A stretch of 64,000 bases of DNA from an uncultured Bacilli bacterium (GTDB lineage: Bacteria; Bacillota_I; Bacilli_A; RF39; UBA660), in the NCBI GenBank assembly GCA_934155185.1, contig CAKPGT010000001.1:21684-85683 (forward strand), written 5' to 3'. Below are positions 19,558 through 27,628 of this stretch, one piece after another. Positions within the stretch are counted from its first letter, which is position 1, and each line of letters starts with the position of its first letter. The translations under genes and the position numbers were made by a program. The notes beneath the pieces are model-generated. The model was given only the letters and a program-made list of their open reading frames with translations. It did no database searches and was not told where the DNA came from.

Positions 19558-20015
19558 TGAGAGTATTATATACAGCTTTTAATGGAAAGTGTAATTCATC
19601 AAAAGTTTTACTTGATAATATTAAATGTAACGAAAGTGATAAACTATATCTAAAAAATAGTTTTGTAACAAGTGTTGAACAACTTCAAAACAAATTGATT
19701 AAAAATAATTATGATTTGATAATATCTTTTGGGGAAGCACCATTGGAGTATAATAATATAAAAATAGAGATTCAAGGTAAAAATAATACTAATATTTATA
19801 ATACTATCTATGATTTTTCTAAACTATGCTATAAATTAAAGGTAAATGGATTTAATGTAATTATTTCACATGATGCCGGTAATTATTTATGTAATAATAT
19901 CTACTATTATGGATTAAAATATATCACAGAGCAAAATTTGAATTGTGATATGATATTTGTTCATATTCCACAGTTAGATAATATAGATATAAGGTTATTG
20001 GCCAAATTATTTTGA
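19558..20015 (+). CDS. Compact pyroglutamyl-peptidase I (C15)-like protein
   Basis: The expected order of catalytic residues is kept: IKIEIQG (Glu), DAGNYLCNNIYYYGL (Cys), IFVHIPQ (His). A GTG start after AAGGAGG is preferred to the track start at 19518, which lies in the promoter. Confidence 0.5.
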
Positions 20016-20020
20016 ATTGA

Positions 20021-20145
20021 TTGTTCTACTTCTTTACTTAGACCACCATTTTATAAGCAAACCCTTTTAGAATAAGGGCTTTTATTATAGCTGAATTTTC
20101 TAGACATACTATTAAACACACTTGCATGATGATATAATCATTATG
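20021..20145 (+). repeat. Direct repeat copy B (decayed tRNA-3'-end-like segment + terminator + promoter)
   Basis: TTGTTCTACTTCTTTACTTAGACCACCATTTTATAA is followed by a near-copy of 19456-19541. Confidence 0.85.
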
Positions 20146-20206
20146 TTTGCTAGTTAAATAGTTAGTAAAGTGTGATATAATATTCATAGATGAGAGTTGA
20201 TTTATT

Positions 20207-20323
20207 ATGAATTATGTAAAGACTTTTTTACCATATGTTGTTTCTGTTTTCACTGCATGGTTGGCATATAAGGAAGCAACAAAAAAATACAGACATCAAT
20301 TGATGAAAAAATTAAAGAACTAG
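20207..20323 (+). CDS. Possible 38-aa hydrophobic/basic peptide (not in the ORF track, below its size cutoff)
   Basis: MNYVKTFLPYVVSVFTAWLAYKEATKKYRHQLMKKLKN: one TM-like segment plus a Lys-rich tail, downstream of TGTGATATAAT, followed by the hairpin AAGAAC..GTTCTT. No clear RBS. Confidence 0.25.
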   Translation: MNYVKTFLPYVVSVFTAWLAYKEATKKYRHQLMKKLKN

Positions 20324-20487
20324 AAAGTAATGTTCTTTACGGGTAGTGTGAGACGTTTTTAAGGATGTAGTCAGTGGCAAAATTTCCCCAGAACAATTAT
20401 AAAAATTGTAAAAGAAATTTTCTTCAAAATAAAATAATTAGATTTAGACTTTTTACTGATTTATGAAAGGTAATACATGGTGATAGA

Positions 20488-21054
20488 ATGGAAGTTTTAA
20501 AAATCATAGAAGAAAGAAGAAGCATTAGAAATTTTAAAAATGACAATGTTAATAGAAAATTAATTGAAGATATATTAAATTGTGGTAGATTAGCTCCATC
20601 TGCTAAAAACAGACAACCTTGGTATTTTGTTGTTTTAAGAAAAAAAATAAAAAACAAGGTAGCAGATATGATGATTAATTACACGTTAAAAAGTAAAAAA
20701 TCAGAAGAAAGAACAATATATGGATTTAATAGTAGCGTTAATCCTACAGCTAACGTAATCAAACAAGCCCCTATATTGATTTTAATATTTAGAGAAAAAG
20801 ATGACAATTGGATTATTGGAGATAGTTTATCTATTGGTGCCTGTGTAGAAAATATGTGTTTAAGAGCAACCGAGTTAGGATTAGGTACTTTGTGGATTAG
20901 AGATATAGTTTATGTAGCAGAAAATGTTGCTAAGATATTAGGACATGAGGATATGGAACTAAATTGTGCTATATCAATCGGTTACCCAAATGAATCTCCT
21001 AAACAAAGACCTAGAAAAAAATTAAAGGATATTGTAGAGTGGTATGATGAATAA
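20488..21054 (+). CDS. Nitroreductase family protein
   Basis: RRSIRNFKND...GRLAPSAKNRQPWYFVV is the classic nitroreductase N-terminal motif. Confidence 0.8.
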   Translation: MEVLKIIEERRSIRNFKNDNVNRKLIEDILNCGRLAPSAKNRQPWYFVVLRKKIKNKVADMMINYTLKSKKSEERTIYGFNSSVNPTANVIKQAPILILIFREKDDNWIIGDSLSIGACVENMCLRATELGLGTLWIRDIVYVAENVAKILGHEDMELNCAISIGYPNESPKQRPRKKLKDIVEWYDE

Positions 21055-21940
21055 CAAAGTATTAGATTTTTATAAACAAACAAGCTTATATACAGATTTG
21101 GGATTATATAAGGATTTTATGAAAAATCAGACCAATGATATTGATGAATTATGTATTTTACAAAGAATGCAGATAATCCATCCAATTGCATACAGTAATC
21201 CCGACATAAGAAAACAAGATAAATCTTTTTGGGGAGACATGACAAAAGTTCCGATAACTAGGTTAGATTATGAAGATGATTTATTTCCAACTGCAATAAG
21301 TATGATAAGTGAATTGCTAAGAAAAGATGGAAATTACCATAAAGAAAGAAAGGCAGAAAATAAAATTCATGTTACTTGTAGAGGTGAAGCAATATTATTG
21401 GCTGCTACTTTAAAGGCTAAGGGATATTCTGCAAGAGTAAGAAGTGGTTTCGCTCCTTATATTAAATATGATGGTGTTAGTTATGACCACTGGATTACAG
21501 AATATTATGATGAAACTAAACAAAGATGGATATTAGTAGATGCTGACGAGCATTGCCCAGACCATGAAATGGGATTTGATTTAAACGATGTTCCTAGGGA
21601 TAAATTTATATTTGGTGCTGAAGCATACTTGGGTATGAGAAGTGGAAAATATAAGGAAGGAGAAATATATTATGCTTCAGATCCTGCAACGTTAGGTTTA
21701 AAAGCGAGTATTCGCGGACTATTTTATGATTTTCATTCTTTAATGAATGATGAAATAATATTTTTGCACTTACCTAAATATATACAATATAAAAATTTTG
21801 AGTTAAGTGAAAAAGAATATATTGAATTAGATAATTTAGCAGAATTATTATTAGAACCTGATAAAAATTTTGATAAAATATTAGACATTTGGAACAACGA
21901 ACCAAAATTTAGAATTATGTCTGGTGCCTTAAACAGTTAA
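21044..21940 (+). CDS. Transglutaminase-like domain protein
   Basis: VTCRGEAILLAATLKAKGYSARVRSGF (Cys), DHWITEYYD (His) and WILVDAD (Asp). Overlaps the nitroreductase stop by 11 nt. Confidence 0.65.
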   Translation: MMNNKVLDFYKQTSLYTDLGLYKDFMKNQTNDIDELCILQRMQIIHPIAYSNPDIRKQDKSFWGDMTKVPITRLDYEDDLFPTAISMISELLRKDGNYHKERKAENKIHVTCRGEAILLAATLKAKGYSARVRSGFAPYIKYDGVSYDHWITEYYDETKQRWILVDADEHCPDHEMGFDLNDVPRDKFIFGAEAYLGMRSGKYKEGEIYYASDPATLGLKASIRGLFYDFHSLMNDEIIFLHLPKYIQYKNFELSEKEYIELDNLAELLLEPDKNFDKILDIWNNEPKFRIMSGALNS

Positions 21941-21988
21941 AGCTATTGATAAATAACTTAATGTTGATATTTCTTTTGGTCTAGAAGT

Positions 21989-22024
21989 TGTTCTACTTCT
22001 TTACTTAGAGCACTACTTTATAAA
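21989..22024 (+). repeat. Direct repeat copy C (partial)
   Basis: TTGTTCTACTTCTTTACTTAGAGCACTACTTTATAA versus TTGTTCTACTTCTTTACTTAGACCACCATTTTATAA at 20021-20056. Confidence 0.8.
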
Positions 22025-22116
22025 CTAGCAATCAGTGGTTGTTTTTTGTATTCTGTAATTGTGGTATTTTGATATTTAGTGATATAATTAACTTATAGTA
22101 GTTGTGGAGGCTTATA

Positions 22117-22608
22117 ATGAAAAAGCAAATTGTTATATTAAATGGTACAGGCGGTAGCGGAAAAGACACGTTTATTAATCTATGTAAAAAATATTGCTCA
22201 TTATCTAGCATTTCATCTGTTGATAAGGTAAAAATTGCAGCAGAATATTTAGGCTGGAGTGGAACAAAAACAGATAAAGATAGAAAGTTTTTATCTGATT
22301 TAAAAGATTTATCTACCAACTATAATGATTTACCATTTAATGATATTATAAAAAAGATAGATGAATTTAATAATGATGATAATCAAATTTTGTTTGTAAA
22401 ATTAAGAGAGCCGGGTGAGATAAAAAAACTAGCTTCTTTATACGAGGTTAAAACGGCATTAATAAGAAGGAAAGATGGAAAAATTATTACATCAAATAGA
22501 GCTGATGCTCTTATAGAAAACTATAATTATGATTATGTTATAGTAAATGGAAAGTTAGATGAATTTGAAGAGGAAGCTAGAAAATTTGTTGAGGAAATAC
22601 TAAAATAA
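22117..22608 (+). CDS. P-loop kinase, phage dNMP-kinase-like
   Basis: MKKQIVILNGTGGSGKDTF (Walker A). Size and layout resemble phage deoxynucleotide monophosphate kinases. ATG at 22117 after GGAGG. Confidence 0.45.
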   Translation: MKKQIVILNGTGGSGKDTFINLCKKYCSLSSISSVDKVKIAAEYLGWSGTKTDKDRKFLSDLKDLSTNYNDLPFNDIIKKIDEFNNDDNQILFVKLREPGEIKKLASLYEVKTALIRRKDGKIITSNRADALIENYNYDYVIVNGKLDEFEEEARKFVEEILK

Positions 22609-22715
22609 TGCAATTATCATGTAAAAATTCATATAATACTATTGAAAAACATCATTATTAGTGTTATAATTATTGGCGTCGCAAGGGATGTTTTACTCTT
22701 GGATTTATGAGATGT

Positions 22716-22792
22716 GCGCTCGTAGCTCAGCTGGATAGAGCACTTGGCTACGAACCAAGGGGTCAGGAGTTCGAATCTCTTCGGGCGCGCCA
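22716..22792 (+). tRNA. tRNA-Arg (anticodon ACG)
   Basis: Anticodon arm CTTGG-CTACGAA-CCAAG, T-loop AGTTCGAATCT, CCA. Confidence 0.9.
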
Positions 22793-22873
22793 ATATTTAT
22801 TTAATACCATTATTATACACGCAAAGTGGTATTGACTTTGATTAAATCATTATGATATAATCATTTTGTTGTT

Positions 22874-22950
22874 CGGAAAGTAGCACAACTTGGCAGTGCA
22901 CGTGGTTTGGGACCATGAGGTTGCAGGTTCAAATCCTGTCTTTCCGACCA
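22874..22950 (+). tRNA. tRNA-Pro (anticodon UGG)
   Basis: Anticodon arm CGTGG-TTTGGGA-CCATG. Own promoter TTGACT..TGATATAAT at about 22834-22862. Confidence 0.9.
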
Positions 22951-23044
22951 GTTAAAAATCAACTATTCTTTTGAATAGTTTTTTTCATGTTTAATAGTGC
23001 TAATTATATATTACGTGATATAATATTTATGTGGAGTTGGTTAT

Positions 23045-23803
23045 ATGAAACTTGTATCTTGGAATGTTGCAGGATTAAGGGCATGTTTAAAGAAAGGTTT
23101 TGAAGATTTTTTCTATACATGTGATGCAGATGTATATTGTCTTCAGGAAGTAAAGGCATTAAAGGAACAAATAGATTTTGAACCAAAAGATTATTATTGT
23201 TACATAAATCCGGCAGAAAAAAAGGGATATTCAGGAACATTAATATATACATTATATAAACCTTTAAATGTTACATATGGACTAGGCATTGATGAACATG
23301 ATCATGAGGGAAGAGTAATAACACTAGAATTTGAAGATTATTACTTAGTAAATCAGTATGTGCCAAATGTAAAAAGAGATTTATCTAGACTAGATTATCG
23401 TATGATATGGGAAGAAGATTTAAAGAAATATTTAAAGAAGCTTGAAGAAAATAAACCGGTTGTAGTTTGCGGTGATTTTAATGTTGCACATACAGAAAAA
23501 GATATAAAAAATGCTAAAGCAAATATAGGAAATGCCGGCTTTACATACGAAGAAAGAGATAAGTTTACTAAATTATTAGATTCTGGTTTTATTGATACAT
23601 ATAGATTTTTTAACCCAGATAAACTTGATTCATATACATGGTGGAGTTATATGGCAAATGCAAGGCAAAAAAATATAGGCTGGAGAATAGATTATTTTAT
23701 AGTATCTAAAAGCATAATAGATAAAGTATCAAAGCCTATAATTTATTCTGATGTATATGGTAGTGATCACTGTCCAATTGGAATTGATATAGAACTAAAA
23801 TAG
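23045..23803 (+). CDS. xth: Exodeoxyribonuclease III
   Basis: MKLVSWNVAGLRA, CLQEVK, GDFNVAH and SDHCPI motifs of the ExoIII/APE1 family. Confidence 0.9.
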   Translation: MKLVSWNVAGLRACLKKGFEDFFYTCDADVYCLQEVKALKEQIDFEPKDYYCYINPAEKKGYSGTLIYTLYKPLNVTYGLGIDEHDHEGRVITLEFEDYYLVNQYVPNVKRDLSRLDYRMIWEEDLKKYLKKLEENKPVVVCGDFNVAHTEKDIKNAKANIGNAGFTYEERDKFTKLLDSGFIDTYRFFNPDKLDSYTWWSYMANARQKNIGWRIDYFIVSKSIIDKVSKPIIYSDVYGSDHCPIGIDIELK

Positions 23804-23812
23804 TTCTTATTT

Positions 23813-23889
23813 GCTCACGTAGCTCAGTAGGATAGAGCGTTACCCTCCGAAGGTAAAGGTCAAAAGTTCAATTCTTTTCGTGAGCGCCA
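23813..23889 (+). tRNA. tRNA-Arg (anticodon CCG)
   Basis: Anticodon arm TTACC-CTCCGAA-GGTAA, acceptor GCTCACG/CGTGAGC, CCA. Confidence 0.85.
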
Positions 23890-23894
23890 TATAT

Positions 23895-23971
<77 letters not shown>

Positions 23972-24074
23972 TAATAAAAATATTTACAATATAGGAAATA
24001 AACCATCCTATATTTTTTTAATTGAATATTATATTAATGAAGATGCATCTTCATGTTATTTGGGGGAATTTTGA

Positions 24075-24383
24075 TTGAATGATATTTTTAATGCCATTTC
24101 TAAGAACCTTATTCAGATTGTATTTACTATTATAACTGGAATTATTGGATACATAGGGGTTAGAATTAAAAAGATGTACCAAGAATACATTCAAGATAAG
24201 CTAAAAAAAGAAATAATTGAAAAAACTGTAAAGTATGTTGAGCAAACATCTAAGGACCTATCTTGTAAAGAAAAAAAGAACAAAGCTTTAAAAAAATCTC
24301 TAGAATGGATGAAGGAAAAGAAAATAAATATTAGTGATACAGAACTTGAAATCCTAATTGAAAGTGCGGTTAATTGTTTATAA
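24075..24383 (+). CDS. Phage holin, LL-H family-like
   Basis: N-terminal TM (IVFTIITGIIGYIGV) and a C-terminal KEKKNKALKKSLEWMKEKKINISDTELEILIESAV pattern typical of LL-H holins. TTG start. Confidence 0.55.
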   Translation: MNDIFNAISKNLIQIVFTIITGIIGYIGVRIKKMYQEYIQDKLKKEIIEKTVKYVEQTSKDLSCKEKKNKALKKSLEWMKEKKINISDTELEILIESAVNCL

Positions 24384-24477
24384 AGAAAGTCTAAATTTAG
24401 GGCTTTCTTTAATTTTATATAAAAAAATGTTTATTAATTTTATTTATGTTCATAATACAAAAGGAGGAGGAAATAAC

Positions 24478-24684
24478 ATGAATCAATATAACGAAGTGCC
24501 AACAATGATATCAGGAAAGGATTTAGATTATCTAAGTGATATTTTTAATTGGAATTTTAATGCTTGTAAATTAGCTAATCATTTTTATTCAGAACTTCAA
24601 GATGAAGAAATAAAAGAGATTATGAAAAAAGTAGAAGAAATTCATAGAGAACATGCAAAAGCAGTATTAAATATTTTAGAATAG
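24478..24684 (+). CDS. Small helical protein, CotF-like / spore-coat associated
   Basis: 68 aa starting at the ATG after AAAGGAGGAGG. GKDLDYLSDIFNW resembles the start of Coat-F domains. Paired with the next gene. Confidence 0.4.
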   Translation: MNQYNEVPTMISGKDLDYLSDIFNWNFNACKLANHFYSELQDEEIKEIMKKVEEIHREHAKAVLNILE

Positions 24685-24696
24685 GAGAAATAAAAA

Positions 24697-25014
24697 ATGA
24701 ATAATAAAATTGGAAATAAAAAAGTAGAAGTTCCTGAAACTAAGGAAATGAATGATAAAGATTATATAACAACTATGTTAACTATAGAAAAGGCTATGGT
24801 AAAAGATTATGCAACTGCATTAACTGAAGCTAGTAATAATGACTTATACAATGATTATCTTGACATGTTTAATGATGTAAGTAATCTTCAAAGAGATATT
24901 TATAACCTTATGTTTAAAAAAGGTTGGTATCAACTTGAAATGGCTCAAGATAACAAGATAGAGGAAAAATTAAACTGTTTAACTAATGAAATCTCACAGT
25001 TAGATGACAAATAA
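24697..25014 (+). CDS. Spore coat protein F (Coat F domain)-like
   Basis: DKDYITTMLTIEKAMVKDYATALTEASNNDLYNDY...KKGWYQ matches the Coat F pattern (L..EK...Y..A..EA.N...GWY). Confidence 0.6.
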   Translation: MNNKIGNKKVEVPETKEMNDKDYITTMLTIEKAMVKDYATALTEASNNDLYNDYLDMFNDVSNLQRDIYNLMFKKGWYQLEMAQDNKIEEKLNCLTNEISQLDDK

Positions 25015-25107
25015 ATCTAAAAAAGCCAAAAAAAGTTGAATAAAGTATTGATTTTTATAATTCTTTTTGATATTATTAATATGCATTCGAGATAATGCAT
25101 ATTATTT

Positions 25108-25184
25108 GGGGTTTTAGCTCAGCTGGCTAGAGCGCCTCGCTTGCACCGAGGAGGTCAGGAGTTCGAATCTCCTAAGCTCCACCA
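25108..25184 (+). tRNA. tRNA-Ala (anticodon UGC)
   Basis: GGGGTTT acceptor with a G3:U70 pair, anticodon arm CCTCG-CTTGCAC-CGAGG, CCA. A terminator hairpin follows at about 25197-25224. Confidence 0.9.
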
Positions 25185-25435
25185 AATATGTAATAAAACT
25201 CTTATAAAATAAGGGCTCTTTTTTATATTTACTCCCAAATTACTCCTAATTGTAAAAACTTGCTTGTTAACATTATTTCATAATCGATGCTTAATGTTAA
25301 AATATTTATAGAAAAACTAAAAAAGTACTTTAATATTATGACCTGAATTATTACGCCATATATAGTATTTTTAATTACATATCTACAAAATGAAATTATT
25401 AATTTAATTATACGTATACTAAAAAGGAGAAAACT

Positions 25436-25747
25436 ATGGAAACTCGAGATTTGAAAGAGCTTTTGTTATTTATATCAAAGGTCAAAAAGAATAATGATTT
25501 TGGTAGTGATACTGAAAAAATAGAGTATTTATATACTGAATTAGAAAAAATACAGACAAAATTACCTACAATTGACGAATTAGAAAAGCTTCAAAAAATT
25601 GAAATATATTTAGAAACTACATATGATGATTTTAATGATTTATCATATTATTTCAGCCCGTATTTCATAAAAATTAGAAATAAAATTCATCAAGAATATG
25701 TGAAAAAAATTAGAAGGGAAAATAAAGAAAAGAAAGGAAACAATTAA
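25436..25747 (+). CDS. Hypothetical protein (helical, Glu/Lys-rich)
   Basis: 103-aa ORF after AAAGGAG. First gene of a tight 3-gene unit. Confidence 0.45.
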   Translation: METRDLKELLLFISKVKKNNDFGSDTEKIEYLYTELEKIQTKLPTIDELEKLQKIEIYLETTYDDFNDLSYYFSPYFIKIRNKIHQEYVKKIRRENKEKKGNN

Positions 25748-25748
25748 T

Positions 25749-26366
25749 ATGTCGAATTTTGATTATGATAAAATAAAAGACATGGAATATGACCCAGATA
25801 GGGGATGCTATGTTGGTAAAAATGGAGAAGAGTTCCATGTAACCCCTTATTCTAATGGCACAGGATATAAATACGATTATTATGATAGAAGCCCATATGG
25901 AAATGCATCACATAATTCTACACATGTAAAATCTGATTTAAATGAAAATTGGGATAGGGTGGATAATGATAGAGATAGAGGGACACAAGAAAAAAGTTCC
26001 GGTTCGGGATGTTATTTAACTACTGCTTGTATGCTCCGTATGCAAGAAAATTTTAATGATAATTGCAATGAATTGATGATGCTAAGATGGTTCAGAGATA
26101 ATTTTGTTAATAAAGATGATATTAAGCATTACTATGACATTGCACCAATTATAGTTAATGAAATTAATTCGTTTCCAGAAAGTATAAAAATTTACACATG
26201 GATTTATGAAAGCGTTATACAACCATGCGTTATAGCAATCAAAGAAGGTAATTATGAGTTTGCATATGATAGATATAAAAACAGCGTTTTAGCATTAGAA
26301 GAGCAATTTGCTAAACCTCTTTTAGAACAAAAACTAGTTAAGGTATTAAAAATGGTTAGGGGATAA
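25749..26366 (+). CDS. Hypothetical protein with a GCYLTTAC...LRWFRD Cys-containing domain
   Basis: D/Y/N-rich N-part, then SGSGCYLTTACMLRMQENFNDNCNELMMLRWFRDNFV. I recall this motif type from uncharacterised Firmicute proteins but cannot name a family. The start is 1 nt after the upstream stop. Confidence 0.45.
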   Translation: MSNFDYDKIKDMEYDPDRGCYVGKNGEEFHVTPYSNGTGYKYDYYDRSPYGNASHNSTHVKSDLNENWDRVDNDRDRGTQEKSSGSGCYLTTACMLRMQENFNDNCNELMMLRWFRDNFVNKDDIKHYYDIAPIIVNEINSFPESIKIYTWIYESVIQPCVIAIKEGNYEFAYDRYKNSVLALEEQFAKPLLEQKLVKVLKMVRG

Positions 26367-26412
26367 TATTAAAATATACCTTTAGAACTAATTAAATTTG
26401 GGAGGCTTATCT

Positions 26413-26631
26413 ATGAATAAATATTTAAAGAAACTATTAAAAGTAGTAGGAATTTATACTGGATATTTAATATTAATTGTAGCATTATTTTATATATTTG
26501 GCTTATATGTATTTAACATGATGCCAACACCATTAGTTTTAACAAGAATGATAGTTTTCCCACTTATATTAACATTAATAACCATAGGATTAGCTAGACT
26601 TATTAAAAAACATAAAAATACAAATAAATAA
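26413..26631 (+). CDS. Small two-TM membrane protein
   Basis: MNKYLKKLLKVVGIYTGYLILIVALFYIF...: two hydrophobic spans. ATG after GGGAGG. Confidence 0.45.
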   Translation: MNKYLKKLLKVVGIYTGYLILIVALFYIFGLYVFNMMPTPLVLTRMIVFPLILTLITIGLARLIKKHKNTNK

Positions 26632-26680
26632 AAGCTCCAAGTTTTCAAACTAAACTTGAGGCTTTTTATATAATCTTATT

Positions 26681-27628
26681 TTAAGTTAAAGCTTCACCAT
26701 TGCTGCATCTATTTCCCCACGAATCAATTTTTTTGCCATCTCTTTTAATAATTATTATTTCACAATGATTAGGGCAGCGTGGACACTCAGTTGCTTTAGT
26801 TATAAAATTACTATTTGCTGTTTTAAAATTAAACGGCTTTTTTAATTTGTTTTTCATAGATATAACAGCAATTCCAAAAGCTCCCATTAAATGTCCATTA
26901 TCATCAGTTATAATTTTTTCACCAAGTATATCCTCAAAAGCTTTTTTAACGCCTATGTTTTTGCTAACACCGCCTTGGAATATAATAGGGGAGTATATCT
27001 TTTTTCCTTTAGCAACATTATTTAAATAGTTAGAAGCTACACTCTTACATAATCCAGCAATTATATCATTTTTACTATATCCCATTTGAATTTTATGTAT
27101 TAGATCACTTTCTGCAAACACAGTACATCTAGCAGCAATATTGGTTGGATTATTACTAGTAAGTGCAATTTTACCAAATTCTTTAACATCAATACCAAGC
27201 CTTTTAGACTGACTAGATAAAAAGCTTCCAGTACCAGCTGCACATAATGTATTCATTGCATAATCAGTTACAATTCCATCTTCTATTAATATTATTTTTG
27301 AATCCTGACCACCGATTTCTATTATTGTTCTAACATCTGGATGAAGATGGAGTGTTCCAATAGCATGAGCAGTTATTTCGTTTTTTATGCTATTTGCGCC
27401 AATCATACTTCCTACTAATTTTCTAGCTGAACCAGTTGTTCCTACGCCTATTATGTTTATATTTTTACCCTTAACTTCTTTTTCTAAGTTTTTAATTACC
27501 TTTAGGGATGCACCAACAGGATCACCCTCAGTCCATATATACGTACTAGCAATTATATTTTTATAATCATCTATTATAACACCCTTTGTTGAAATAGAAC
27601 CTATATCAATTCCTAAATAACCGTTCAT
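26681..27628 (-). CDS. BadF/BadG/BcrA/BcrD-type ATPase (2-hydroxyacyl-CoA dehydratase activase-like)
   Basis: YLGIDIGSISTKGVII, GVGTTGSAR and IEIGGQDSK are actin-fold ATPase motifs. The C-terminus has a Cys cluster CPRCPNHC...RC. Confidence 0.8.
   Translation of the reverse strand: MNGYLGIDIGSISTKGVIIDDYKNIIASTYIWTEGDPVGASLKVIKNLEKEVKGKNINIIGVGTTGSARKLVGSMIGANSIKNEITAHAIGTLHLHPDVRTIIEIGGQDSKIILIEDGIVTDYAMNTLCAAGTGSFLSSQSKRLGIDVKEFGKIALTSNNPTNIAARCTVFAESDLIHKIQMGYSKNDIIAGLCKSVASNYLNNVAKGKKIYSPIIFQGGVSKNIGVKKAFEDILGEKIITDDNGHLMGAFGIAVISMKNKLKKPFNFKTANSNFITKATECPRCPNHCEIIIIKRDGKKIDSWGNRCSNGEALT

Noticed and set aside
25197-25224. The terminator hairpin after tRNA-Ala resembles the second hairpin after tRNA-Glu (31416-31445). 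I considered these as att-like direct repeats delimiting a 6-kb island.
   Set aside because: The similarity is limited to generic AAAC(T/C)CTTA...TAAGGG terminator arms. These also occur after tRNA-Phe (19456), at 20059 and at 31319. There is no extended flanking identity, unlike the tRNA-Phe repeats.
25749-25757. A Spo0A-box heptamer TGTCGAA at the start of ORF 25749.
   Set aside because: It overlaps the ATG-TCG-AAT start of a coding sequence. A single 7-mer match is expected by chance. For the same reason, the TTCGACA at 34978 is only weakly supported.
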